Below, in pieces: positions 1 to 12,024 of a stretch of 64,000 bases of DNA. Position 1 is the stretch's first letter; the number at the start of each line of letters is the position of its first letter. Source of the DNA: Octopus sinensis. Taxonomy: Eukaryota. A program made the translations under genes and the position numbers. The stretch is taken from NCBI RefSeq assembly GCF_006345805.1, contig NC_042999.1, positions 21,514,001 through 21,578,000 of the forward strand. The letters are read 5' to 3'. The notes beneath the pieces were generated by a model. It made no database searches, was not told the origin of the DNA, and saw nothing but the letters and a program-made list of their open reading frames with translations.

Positions 1-743
1 AGTTCATTTGTGTTTGCCAATCATTTATTGAACGGACCGTTTTATATATAAAGTGCATAATTTGACACAAACGATAAAACGCTAATTATTAAATGAACTA
101 AATGGTGTCATTATTTTACAATGGCCTATTATGCTACGAGCTATTAGATAAAAACAATGCTTCTTCGCTTTGTAGTTATGTCATAAACAATTTCCACATA
201 ACTAGGTAAGAACTGACTTTATATTGAATCACGCATCTCATTAGATGTTAATTTAAGTAAAGTAATATTATTAGATTTTTGAATATATAACGTTCACGGA
301 TGATGAAGAAGATGGCAAACAACACCACACACGGTGATCAATGACTCTAATACAAATGAAGAGTGAAGACCAGTATTGTTTACATTTCCATAATGGGAGA
401 TTGGAAGCGTCTGTAAATATCTTCTGGCAACGTTGTTTCAACAAAGAAAACGGAAATGATTTTTGTATCAGAGGATAAAAAAATATGAATATATATATAT
501 ATAGTAAATTACATATCGAATGAAAACTACCATTTCGGGTGAGTATAGCAATTCATTATGTCCTTAATTAATAATTTGCCTTAGAGGAAGATCATGAATT
601 GTGTTTCCGTGCCTGCCTGAAAGTATAATGGGGCACAACACACTTACCAAGAGTTAATATATATATTACTGCACTTCAATGACCATATTTCCCTAAGTGT
701 TGCGATATGTGAGCAAATATACGCACATAGACGTACTCACACA

Positions 744-1075
744 GATAGACAGATGAATTGATAGATAGTTAGTTAGTTAAATAGATAGATAGATAGAGAG
801 AGAGAGAAAGACAGAGAGAGATAGATAGATAGAGAGATAGGTAGATAGTCACAGATAGATAGATACATGCATACATGCATAGACAGACAGATGGACAGAG
901 AGATAGACGGTTAGAAAAACAGGTAGATAGTTAGATAGATCGTTAGATAGACAGACAGACAAACACACACACACACATAGATAGACAGACAAACAGACAG
1001 ATAGATAGATGGATGGATAGATAGATGGACAGACAGACAGGCAGGCAGATAGATAGATAGATAGATAGATAGATT

Positions 1076-1117
<42 letters not shown>

Positions 1118-1130
1118 TAGGTAGATAGTG
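744..1130. repeat. (TAGA)n/(CAGA)n compound microsatellite
   Basis: Direct reading of tetranucleotide repeats; source of the spurious ORFs at 849-1224. Confidence 0.95.
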
Positions 1131-1527
1131 GTGAAACGTATATATCTGTATAGGTACAGGCACGTAGTTTCGGTTTCAGACCCACTCTGTGACACTTGGA
1201 GCAAGTGAATCTACTCTTGCCCATGATGAAACAACACCTTCTGAGTGAATGTTTTAAACGGAAAATGTATTATATTCATACATACATACATACATACATA
1301 CATACATACATACATACATACATACATACATACATACATACATACATACTTACATACATACAACATACATGCACGTTTGTGTGAGTACATGTGGTTTGCA
1401 GATTTGTTTTTTGGCCCCTTGCAGGGGAGTAACCGGTGTTGGTCTGTTTGCGTTTCTATTGCACTGAGTAAGCCCACTGCCTGACTGAAACTAGTAAAAT
1501 CCTAAAGAATTTTTTTTTAAATCCTTG

Positions 1528-1887
1528 TTACTCTTTTACTTGTTTTAATTATTTGAATGCGGCTATGCTGGAGCACCACCGTGAAGGGATTTAGTCGAAC
1601 AAATCGACCTCAAGACTTATTCCTTAAGCCTTGTACTCATTCTATCGTTATATTTTGCCGAGTTACTGGGATCTAAGTGCGCTACCACCACTTGTCAAGT
1701 GGTCATGGGAAAAGGGAATAGATACAGACACAAAGACATACACAAATATAAATAGAACGGATTCCTTTCAGTTTCCGTCTATCAAATCCACTCACAAGGC
1801 CCGAAACTATAGTAGAAGACACTCGTCCAAGGTGCTACGCAGTGGGATTGAACGCAGGACCATGTGATTCGGAAGCAAACTTCTTAC
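1528..1887 (-). mobile_element. tRNA-derived SINE, family X (octopus OR-type-like), decayed
   Basis: Reverse complement matches the fuller copies at 56386-56773 and 56911-57398 (CTCCAGCATRGCCGC, TTGTGAGTGGATTTG, GTAAAAGAGTAA tail). Confidence 0.85.
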
Positions 1888-1947
1888 TTCTCATCTGCAT
1901 ATACATTTGTGTGTGTGTATTTATGCATGTATATATATATATATATA

Positions 1948-2112
1948 GGGATAATTCACGAAAAAAACAAAAGTCGAAGACAGGGAGTGTAGAAAACAAA
2001 CAGATGCATTAGTATAACGCTCGGGAATTGAAAAAATTTTTAATGTTTCGAGTCTACGCTCTTCTACAGAAAGGAACACAGAAAGAAACAAAGATAGGAA
2101 CAAGGGGAGAAA
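1948..2112 (-). mobile_element. Solo Penelope-like pLTR / retrozyme-like element between (TA)n tracts
   Basis: Homologous to 18907-19080; contains a minimal HHR variant; ribozyme-sense 3' end abuts (TA)n. Confidence 0.7.
2039..2072 (-). ncRNA. Minimal type I hammerhead variant (CUGUAGA core, decayed)
   Basis: Minus strand reads TTT-CTGTAGA-A-GAG(CGTAGA)CTC-GAA-ACAT-T-AAA; the stem III palindrome ACGT has become ACAT. Confidence 0.6.
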
Positions 2113-2134
2113 ATATATATATATCTATAATATA

Positions 2135-2365
2135 TATTTCTTTACTACCCACAAGGGGCTAAACACAGACGGGACAAACAAAGACAGACAAACGGATTAA
2201 GTCGATTATATCGACCCCAGTGTGTAACTGGTACTTAATTTATCGACCCCGAAAGGGATGAAAGGCAAAGTCGACCTCGGCGGATTTTGAACTCGGAACG
2301 TGACGACAGACGAAATACAGCTACGCATTTCGCCCAGCGTGTTAACGTTTCTGCCAGCTCGCCTT
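2135..2365 (-). mobile_element. tRNA-derived SINE, family Y, full length
   Basis: Reverse complement starts AAGGCGAGCTGGCAGAAACG, has B-box-like GAGTTCAAAATCC and an AAAGAAATA tail; homologous to 24746-24978. Confidence 0.9.
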
Positions 2366-2762
2366 ATTTATATTATATATCTATAATATAAATTGGACAT
2401 GGGCGATCGTTGTATTCCTTCTTGTTTTGGGGTTCACAGTAAAACGGCTGGGTGGATTCTCGTGAAAAATGGCACACATGTGGAGACTGGTGCATAGATT
2501 GGAATGCGGTTTGTATTTTTAACCAGCCCCCATACTTACCGAGAAAATCCATTAAAACTTTTTCTAATGGAATTCCCCTGTTTGTTCCGCCATCAAAACA
2601 ATCAGCTACTCCCACAACAGGCATATACCATATAGTTAGCAACAAGGGGAGACGGGTACAGGATGACAGCTAAAACTTTCGCTATGCTCTCTCTCTTCCT
2701 TCACCTCTTTGTGGGGTTAATAATCTTAATCTTTAGTTGCAGTTTCTCATTCAAACTACATA

Positions 2763-2886
2763 ATAGGCGGAATTGTCGGATTAAGACAATAGGGTGTTTT
2801 GAGGGAGATTTGGCTACTATTTCTACCAGAGTTAGCTACCATGTAGAGGTCTGAAGTTCATTTTCATTCACATATTTGCATTTCAA
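2763..2886. repeat. 124-bp direct repeat, copy 1 (copy 2 at 5432-5555)
   Basis: 7 mismatches in 124 bp by manual alignment. Confidence 0.9.
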
Positions 2887-3515
2887 AAATTTAACATAAT
2901 CTTTACCATAAATCAACTATCATAAACACATACACACCCGCAAGTACGCACGTACGCACACATACACACGCGCGCGCGTATATTTCACATATGATCTCTG
3001 CAAATAAAATGGTTACGGATATAACTGCTTACAAAAATAGGGATTAATTTATAATTTCTTTCTATGTTCATAATTAAATCAATGTTTGAATGATTAAACA
3101 GAGATCTAATAGAATAGCTCTCAGAATCAGACGACGAAAACTTTCATTCTTCACAAATCTTGAAACTGTTTTCTGACAAGGGGGTTGGAGAGTCAGGAAA
3201 TTTTCATACAGCTGGGTGGCTCCAATCGAAACTGGGGACCCGAAATGATAAGGTTGAGAAACACTGTTATAGATTATGCCTAACCGAAGACGATGACAGC
3301 CACATCATCCAAACAGACCGGATAAAACTGTGCTTAGCTGCTAGTATATATATAATATATATATATATATATTATATATAGAGGGCATTATACATACATG
3401 CCAGGAGGCATTATACATACATGCCACACGCTAAGAGGGACAATTAGTATTTCTACCAAAAATATTACTAATCCCACCGAATGCAATTTTTCAAAGTAAG
3501 ACATTTAAAAAATAT

Positions 3516-3563
3516 AGACCTGTATCACAGTGATTTCATACTTACGTATTCATCAGCAGGCCT
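3516..3563 (-). ncRNA. Type I hammerhead ribozyme, complete (unit 1)
   Basis: Minus strand AGGCCTG-CTGATGA-ATAC(GTAA)GTAT-GAA-ATCAC(T)GTGAT-A^CAGGTCT: 7-bp stem I, intact core, 4-bp stem II with GNRA loop, palindromic stem III, AUA cleavage triplet. Confidence 0.9.
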
Positions 3564-3994
3564 GAATGTATTATAAATAAACAACGACCCTGCCCCGCTT
3601 AAGCCGATCAGCTAACTGATCAACATCAACGAAGCACATGGGTGAGTTTACATATATTACATCCGGATAAATGGCAAACTTTTACGAATTGCATTTCGGG
3701 AGAGGAAAGTTTTTTCGGAATAAAAATTTAGCAATTAAGGACAACTACTTAATAAGGAAAACCTAACAAGAAATTGTCAGGTAGATAGCGTGAAAACCTC
3801 ATAAGAGAAAAAATTTCGAAAATAATTATTTCTTATTGAACATATTAATTTATATATATGAGGGCATTATACATACATGCCAGGAGGCATTATACATACA
3901 TGCCACACGCTAAGAGGGACAATTAGTCATTCTACCAAAAATATTACTAATCCCACCGAATGCAATTTTTCAAAGTAAGACATTTAAAAAATAT

Positions 3995-4042
3995 AGACCT
4001 GTATCACAGTGATTTCATACTTACGTATTCATCAGCAGGCCT
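3995..4042 (-). ncRNA. Type I hammerhead ribozyme, complete (unit 2)
   Basis: Identical to 3516-3563, 479 bp away. Confidence 0.9.
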
Positions 4043-4469
4043 GAATGTATTATAAATAAACAACGACCCTGCCCCGCTTAAGCCGATCAGCTAACTGATC
4101 AACATCAACGAAGCACATGGGTGAGTTTACATATATTACATCCGATAAATGGCAAACTTTTACGAATTGCATTTCGGGAGAGGAAAAGTTTTTTCGGAAT
4201 AAAAATTTAGCAATTAAGGACAACTACTTAATAAGGAAACTTAACAAGAAATTGTCAGGTAGATAGCGTGAAAACCTCATAGAGAAAGAATTTCGAAAAT
4301 AATTATTTCTTATTGAACATATTAATTTATATATAGAGGGCATTATACATACATGCCAGGAGGCATTTACATACATGCCACACGCTAAGAGGGACAATTA
4401 GTCATTTCTAACAAAATATTACTAATCCCACCGAATGCAATTTTTCAAAGTAAGACATTTAAAAAATAT

Positions 4470-4517
4470 AGACCTGTATCACAGTGATTTCATACTTACG
4501 TATTCATCAGCAGACCT
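4470..4517 (-). ncRNA. Type I hammerhead ribozyme, complete (unit 3)
   Basis: Same motif; one stem I change (C to U) retains pairing as U-G. Confidence 0.88.
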
Positions 4518-5027
4518 GAATGTATTATAAATAAACAACGACCCTGCCCCGCTTAAGCCGATCATACGTAAGTATGAAATCACTGTGATACAGGTCTATA
4601 TTTTTTAAATGTCTTACTTTGAAAAATTGCATTCGGTGGGATTAGTAATATTTTTGGTAGAAATGACTAATTGTCCCTCTTAGCGTGTGGCATGTATGTA
4701 TAATGCCTCCTGGCATGTATGTATAATGCCCTCTATATAAATTAATATGTTCAATAAGAAATAATTATTTTCGAAATTTTTTCTCTTATGAGGTTTTCAC
4801 GCTATCTACCTGACAATTTCTTGTTAAGTTTTCTTATTAAGTAGTTGTCCTTAATTGCTAAAATTTTATTCCGAAAAAACTTTTCCTCTCCCGAAATGCA
4901 ATTCGTAAAAGTTTGCCATTTATCCGGATGTATATATATGTAAACTCACCCATGTGCTTCGTTGATGTTGATCAGTTAGCTGATCGGCTTTAAGGGGGCA
5001 GGGTCGTTGTTTATTTATAATACATTC

Positions 5028-5077
5028 AGGCCTGCTGATGAATACGTAAGTATGAAATCACTGTGTGATAACGGTCT
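5028..5077 (+). ncRNA. Hammerhead ribozyme in the inverted arm, stem I disrupted
   Basis: AGGCCTG-CTGATGA-ATACGTAAGTAT-GAA-ATCAC(TGT)GTGAT-A-ACGGTCT; core intact, CA to AC swap next to the cleavage site (mutation or read error). Confidence 0.75.
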
Positions 5078-5336
5078 ATATTTTTTAAATGTCTTACTTT
5101 GAAAAATTGCATTCGGTGGGATTAGTAATATTTTTGGTAGAAATGACTAATTGTCCCTCTTAGCGTGTGGCATGTATGTATAATGCCTCCTGGCATGTAT
5201 GTATATGCCCTCTATATATAAATTAATATGTTCAATAAGAAATAATTATTTTCGAAATTTTTTCTCTTATGAGGTTTTCACGCTATCTACTGACAATTCT
5301 TGTTAAGTTTTCCTTATAAGTAGTTGTCCTAATTGC

Positions 5337-5555
<219 letters not shown>

Positions 5556-5563
5556 TATATATC

Positions 5564-5598
<35 letters not shown>

Positions 5599-5638
5599 TA
5601 TATATACACATATAATACAATATGCCTTCTATGTACAG

Positions 5639-5820
5639 TTAGACGTACGAATGCTGCCGCTGAGACGAGAGCCTCACATTGACTACCATCGCCCAGTCTG
5701 CTTCAAGTATAATGGTTTGGCGCCTAGTATACTTAGTATCACGAGTTATGATATTCAAAATAAATTACGGGAAATGTACGACGAACAAAACTTTATGATT
5801 TGCTCCAATATAAGTACAAG
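5639..5820 (+). CDS. Candidate internal exon, product unknown
   Basis: cttctatgtacAG acceptor, open frame LDVRMLPLRREPHIDYHRPVCFKYNGLAPS...NISTR, AG|GTATGA donor; no recognised domain. Confidence 0.3.
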
Positions 5821-7073
5821 GTATGATTTTGTGTTCATCGTAATTTGTCACACACACATAGATACACACACACACACACACATACACATCCTGTACCGAA
5901 ATCCTATCGGCGTAGTAAGACAAGCAGCCTGCGGCTAAAATAGGACTTGCCTTATCAACTAATGGCAATAGTTTTCCGTAATTTTTAAAATTTGTACCTC
6001 TTATAACCGATAAGCGCACTGGAGCACATAGAAAATTATAAATGGAAATTTCGATTGGAAGAAGACCGAAAAATCATTGCAAACAGCTAATAATTAACAT
6101 GTTTATATATATGAGACTAAATCTTATTAGATGAGAAATGAATAAAAATATAATTTTTTTTTCCATGATTGCGAATCGAATAGTCACTATCAAAACTCAA
6201 TGTACTAGTGGTGTTTGTGTGTTCATGTACTTTGTACCAAGTGGTTTTATCCTATGTACGTTCAATCAATACACATTTTTTGAAATATTTGCTTCCCTTA
6301 CTACCACTACTACTACCATCACCACTTCATGACACACATACAGATATTCCATTCTGTGTTTATGTACACTCGTTGTATTCCCTATGTATCGTAGCAGTAT
6401 ACTCTTTATCGACCTTGTTCTGTCAACAGTCCTGACAATCAAACAATGAGCAGTTGATTGCCACGTTTAATAGACCTCATCTTTAGCGCATTGCCTTTAA
6501 TAAATTGCTACGTTTGGTAAGTACTGCCAAAAATTGATGGCAGTTGCTCTTCGTGAATTTATATTTCGAAACGTGTTTGTCAATATTACTTGAAATTTGT
6601 GTTTGTCATAGCTGAGGTTCTCTATGTGTATATAGAAGAACAGGAAAAGGATAGGAAGAGGTGAAGGGAGCGAGAGTGGCATTTCATGTGTATTAGTGTG
6701 CGTAAGAGATTGTATATGATTCGTGTATATGCGGGTACACGCCTCTATGATTATGGCTTTTATTAAAGCAATGTAGGTCGTTCGAAATATAATGAGTACA
6801 GTTAGGCACAAGCAAAACAATTGCCGACAGATATGCATTAAAGAAATACTGCCAAAGTTTGTGTGTGTGTATGTAAAAAATGTCTCGTACTATCATTCTC
6901 AGTGTCGCCATAATTGTAAAGTGGTTATATTTTATATTTTTTGTTTCGGTAAAGATATTTTTATAACATCAAGCCAAGTTGTAATTATGTGTAATACATA
7001 AGAACAGTTCTACACACATACACACAAACACACATATAGATATATAAACAATATTTGAAGAATATACATAAAT

Positions 7074-7131
<58 letters not shown>

Positions 7132-7171
7132 GATATATATATATATATATATGTATGTATATATATGTATA

Positions 7172-7218
<47 letters not shown>

Positions 7219-7235
7219 GTGTATAAACTACACGT

Positions 7236-7433
7236 GAATTGTTGCCGATTTTTTTCTCCTTTCTTTTCTCCTGGACTTTCCTATGTCTCCTGTTTCCGAA
7301 GAAGAGCTATGCTCGAAACGTAAAACAAACATTATTTTCTTCCTTGAGCGTCTTATTAATACTTTTCATGTCTTACGTCCCGGCGTTGTTGCTTTTTCTT
7401 GTCTCTTTCATTTTTCACTGTTTTTTAATCAAC
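7236..7433 (+). mobile_element. Solo PLE pLTR-like element with minimal hammerhead
   Basis: Homologous to 10562-10742; 3' end runs into (TA)n. Confidence 0.7.
7291..7327 (+). ncRNA. Minimal type I hammerhead (U4C mutant, extra A after A9)
   Basis: TGTTT-CCGAAGA-A-GAGC(TAT)GCTC-GAA-ACGT-A^AAACA; perfect stems I and II, palindromic ACGT stem III. Confidence 0.75.
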
Positions 7434-7850
7434 TATATATAGTAAAATAAGGATGCAAACAGAATCCCGTACCCCATCCTACCAAAGAACCAGTCTAGCT
7501 GACTCCTATCTCACCCGGGTCGCTGACTTAAATATCGTATTACAACCTGCCAAAAATATTCTTAACCTATTCCCCTAATGCCCACAACGGTCAACTTTGT
7601 TGGTCATTCTTCCATTTCATAGTTAGCCTCGACAAACTTCAGTCACATACCTGCTCTATTCTTGGGATTTTTCTTTTGTTTTGTAAAATTAAATTTCACC
7701 TGATGATTACAGTTTTTTGGAATGAAGTAATGTCCTCATTCTTCTTTTAAACAATGCGTAAGAAACAGCTTTAATGAGCTGACAATTATCCATCGTCTTT
7801 TATTATCCATTTGATTATATATATGTTTACGTATATATACGCAAATATAT

Positions 7851-8195
7851 GAAGGCGCATGGCTCAGTGGTTAGAGCGTCGAGCTTACGATCGTGAGGTT
7901 GTGAGCTCGAATCCCGGACCGGGCTGCGTGTTGTGTTCTTGAGCAAGGCACTTTATTTCACGTTGCTCCAGTTCACTCAGCTGTAGAAATGAGTTGCGAC
8001 GTCACAGGTGCCAAGCTGTATCGACCTTTATCTTTCCCCTGGATAACATCGATGGTGTGGAGAGGGGAGGCTGGTATGCATGGGCGACCGCTGGTCTTCC
8101 ATAAACAACCTTGCCCGGACTTGTGTCTAGGAGGGTAACTTTCTAGGTGCAATCTCATGGTCACTCATGACCGAAGGGGGTCTTTATCCTCTTTA
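7851..8195 (+). mobile_element. tRNA-derived SINE, family W, full length
   Basis: A box TGGCTCAGTGG, B box GCTCGAATCCC, then a non-tRNA body and CTTTA-type tail. Confidence 0.9.
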
Positions 8196-8371
8196 CGCAA
8201 ATGTCGAACGATGACAATGAGTGCTCGACACCGCATTGTTGGATAGAAATTCTTTATTTGTGTATTAAGTTACCATTAGTTTCAGGTTAAGAAAAATACA
8301 TAAATATCTTAATACTTTAACAATTTTTCAAGCTGATCACATGGAGGAATGGCGTTCGTCTCCATTTTTGA

Positions 8372-8415
<44 letters not shown>

Positions 8416-8932
8416 CACGGGGTCGGGACTACTGATGTTCATTTGTATTTATGTGTCATTTTTCTTTGGAAGTGTCTGCGTGTGTCTTTAAATTCTAAAA
8501 TACTAATCGTTTTTTCCAGTGAATCTTGAAATGGGCTTTATGCAGCAATGGGTACAAAAATATAGAAATAGGAACTTAACATGTAAGGGCAAGTCACTTC
8601 CCTTAGATATTCATGACACTCTTCATGTGAAGAGCTTCAAGAAAATTTAGTCTTAAAAATTGGGAATCAATGATAGTATTGAGTAGAAAGTTATAATTAA
8701 TTATTCACTTATATTTTATTAATTTATTTGTTAAGTAGTTAGTGATGCAACGAGTAACAAATATACTGTACTGTTCAAAATGCGTTCAACTTCTCTAATA
8801 AAGAAAAATGACATTCTCTCTCTATATATATAAATATATATCAATATAATTAAATATGCATATTCACTCAATTATTGGGTGTCAGCATAATTGGACTATC
8901 GAACAATATTATTTAACCAAATGTATATTAAA

Positions 8933-9331
8933 CTAGCAGTATCGACCAGCGTTGTTCGGGTTTGTAAGGGAAATAACTATATAAGCATTTTTAGAGAGTT
9001 ATAGCCAAAAAATAGCAAACAAAATGCATTAAAAATGGAAAAAAATTATGGTAATTTTTTTTTTAAATCGTTGACTCATCGTAGACATTTTAAGAGAGTT
9101 ACTTCCCTTATATAATAGCGAAAAAATGCATTAAAATGGGGAAAAAATGATGGTAAACTTTTTTTTAAATCGTAAACTCATCGTAGACGCGCGCTAATAC
9201 TCAGAAGGGCTCGATATGAATCACGACTATAAGATACCCGGTTTTGGTTAAACTGCACCGCAAAATGTGGGAGTAGTTAGGAATCTAAATCGTAGGAGAC
9301 AGACACACAACTTCACTTTTATATATAAAGA
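8933..9331 (-). mobile_element. Non-autonomous Helitron
   Basis: Minus strand A|TC...GC-rich subterminal hairpin...CTAG|T; homologous to 12025-12536; internal ~100-bp subunit duplicated. Confidence 0.8.
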
Positions 9332-10561
9332 TTACGTCGTGTACAAAAATCTTCTTTTCTTTTTTGTCAAACTTATTGACTCATATTTTGTTTTCTTCTG
9401 CAATTATGAAAGACAACTTCTAACATATTCCTTCTAACATATTCCTATCCTATTTTGGCATCATATAGCAAAGTATATAGCGCACCATAATTTGCTAGTT
9501 TATGGTGGTGTGCAATATTGAAGACATATGAAAACAGAATTATGCCTGGAATGGTCTACCGCACTTTCCAGGAAAAAAAATCGGAAAAAATAATATCAGT
9601 CTTTCTAATAATATTTTTTATTCTTCACCGCATATGTTATTCTACTTTAGATGGCTAATGCTCCAGCCATTAAATATAATGGTACTTTCTTATCTATTGT
9701 TTATCATACGCTTCATGTCTCATAATTGCTTAAATTCTAATATACATATACAGCTTTCGCTTAAAGTATTTAGTAGGAATGAATCACAAATTTAACGATG
9801 TATTACGGATATAACTAAAGCAATAATATTAGCACAATGACCGGAACGGTACGATATTATATTGCCAGAGCTGGTTGAAAAAAAAATAACCTCATATATA
9901 TCGTAAAATATGTCTGTCGTGAGTAGTGTTGTGTAAGTCACAAGTTCTTTCGAATATGAAATTAGAGTCTATTTAAACGCTTATCACATACAAACATAGA
10001 AAATTTTACAAACACGCATGGAGGCTTTTACACAGTATAGGTAAGAAGTTTTGAATACATGTATTTGAATACACACACAAAAAATAGTATTGAAAAATAA
10101 TAAAGGTTAAGTGATAAGAATTTTCCGTAGATTTGTTTGGGTTTATTTTCATCAGTTCAATTTGGTAAGGGAAAAGTTTTACAACTGTTATAAATATTCA
10201 GCAGCATGAACATACATACATTTTCAAGTGAAATAAGCACGTATGAATATTCAATTGAAATACACGAATACAATTATATGTGTCAAAGAGGAGAGGAAAA
10301 AAATACCTAGTTCTACTTAAAATAGCAGGCAAAAGATCCTGATATTTACACCCAAAACATCTTCCACAATACTCAGGCTCTATAATGAGACACATGAGAG
10401 CAAAAACAAAGATACACAATTGTAGATATAGATCATATTTATCAAATGACTATTCGATCACGGTAGTTATGCAAGAATGCAAAAACAAAATCTCCATGCG
10501 ATCATGCATAAAATGGACACACAAAAAGGAGTCAAACATGTAACCACGTGGAATCGATGAC

Positions 10562-10742
10562 GATTTTTTTCCCCTCCGTCTTCCTTTTCTATTGGACTTT
10601 CCTCTGTTTCTGAAAAAGAGTTCTGCTCGAAATGTTAAACCATCTTTCTTTCCTTCCCTGAGCGTCTGCTAATACTTCACATATACCACGTCCTCGCGTT
10701 GTTGTTTTTCTTTTGTGCTCTTTCTTCGTGTTTTGGATTTAC
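10562..10742 (+). mobile_element. Solo PLE pLTR-like element with decayed minimal hammerhead (10605-10640)
   Basis: TGTTT-CTGAAAA-A-GAGT(TCT)GCTC-GAA-ATGT-T-AAAC; G8A predicted to inactivate. Confidence 0.65.
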
Positions 10743-10791
10743 AATATATACATACATAGACACACACACACACATATATATATACATATAT

Positions 10792-10843
<52 letters not shown>

Positions 10844-10847
10844 ATAT

Positions 10848-10880
<33 letters not shown>

Positions 10881-11055
10881 TACCGGAGTAAACACATAAG
10901 TGTGAAACAAGGTGGAAAAAAGAGTACTCAAATACCAGTGGTAGAGTAATATGCTTTATTTAAGGCAGCAGAAAATTCAACAAAACCTGTTACTCTGAAT
11001 TTCCCAGAAACTCAGAGTAACAGGTTTGCTGAATTTTCTGCTGCTTTAAATAAAG

Positions 11056-11060
<5 letters not shown>
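10881..11060. mobile_element. Fold-back PLE pLTR-like element; arms 10949-11003 and 11007-11060
   Basis: ~55-bp inverted arms; right arm begins GAA-ACTC(A)GAGT-A-ACAGG, the 3' half of a hammerhead; flanked by (TA)n. Confidence 0.75.
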
Positions 11061-11136
<76 letters not shown>

Positions 11137-11149
11137 CAGTGTGTCTGTA

Positions 11150-11756
11150 TGCGTAAGCCGTTGATGAGTTTCAAAATAGGATGATATGGTCACAAGCTGC
11201 GAAGACTCATTATAGTTGGACAAATGAAAGAGTATTGCGTGACGTAACACACAGGAGCCAGTCCGTAGTCTATAAATCTTCTCCTTGAGTTGCACCAGGG
11301 TCTCCGGTTTGTTGACGTAAACTCTATCTTTCTGGTATTCCCACAAGACAAAATCGCGCTAGTCATGTCTGGGGAATGTGAAGGTCATTGAAATTAGACC
11401 TCACATATGTTTCCAGCAATATGTGGCAACAGCTCATACCGCAAGAGGAGCAATGCAGTGGCTTCGGCAGTGTTTTGGAAAGAGAATAATCTCCCGCTAC
11501 GGCAATGCCAGCTGGCTTTTACTCTTGAACGTGTTCTGGTGTAAGTTTTGGAAAGAGCAGGGGCGTGCGAAGCCTAAAATGGCTGTCATTTAAGCGATAT
11601 GAGTTTTCATATGTGATGGAGTGTTTTTGCAAAATTTGACTCATGTATATTAATTTCCATTATGTCCTTTAACTTGTATCAAAATTTCAGGCATTTGTAA
11701 AGTTAAGAAAATGATTAAAAGTTGAAACCCATGAATTATTTTTGGGGAGACCCTGT
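11150..11756 (-). mobile_element. Tc1/mariner-superfamily transposon relic with internal inversion
   Basis: TIR-like TACAGGGTCTCCCCAAAAAATAATTC at the right end; minus strand PHSPDM..LWEYQKDRVYVNKPETL; plus strand FQQYVATAHTAR..RIISRYGNASW. Confidence 0.8.
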
Positions 11757-11769
11757 ATATATATGTATT

Positions 11770-11985
11770 TGTGTGTCTGCGTTTGTCCCTACACCCCACC
11801 ATCGCTTGACAACCGATGCTGGTGTGTTTACGTCCCCGTAACTTAGCGGGTCGGCAAAACAGACCGATAGAATAAGTACCAAGTTTACAAAAGTATAAGT
11901 CCCGGGGTTGATATGTGCGACTAAAGTCGGTGCTCCAGTATGTCCGCAGTCAAAATGACTGAAACAAGTAAAAGAATAAAAGACA
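11770..11985 (+). mobile_element. SINE family X, 3' half
   Basis: CGCTTGACAACCGATGCTGG...GGTGCTCCAG...GTAAAAGAATAAAAG. Confidence 0.85.
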
Positions 11986-12024
11986 AAATACAGGAGGATC
12001 AATTAATTATGATTTTATTCAATA

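Noticed and set aside
3381-4563. CRISPR-like or ordinary satellite interpretation
   Set aside because: Whole 479-bp units repeat with no unique spacers; eukaryotic context with no cas genes
6430-6516. Segment with a good acceptor and TTG|GTAAGT donor
   Set aside because: Stops in all three frames; could be a non-coding exon but is unsupported
7851-7925. tRNA-like A/B boxes
   Set aside because: SINE head without a full cloverleaf; no genuine tRNA or rRNA genes seen in the window
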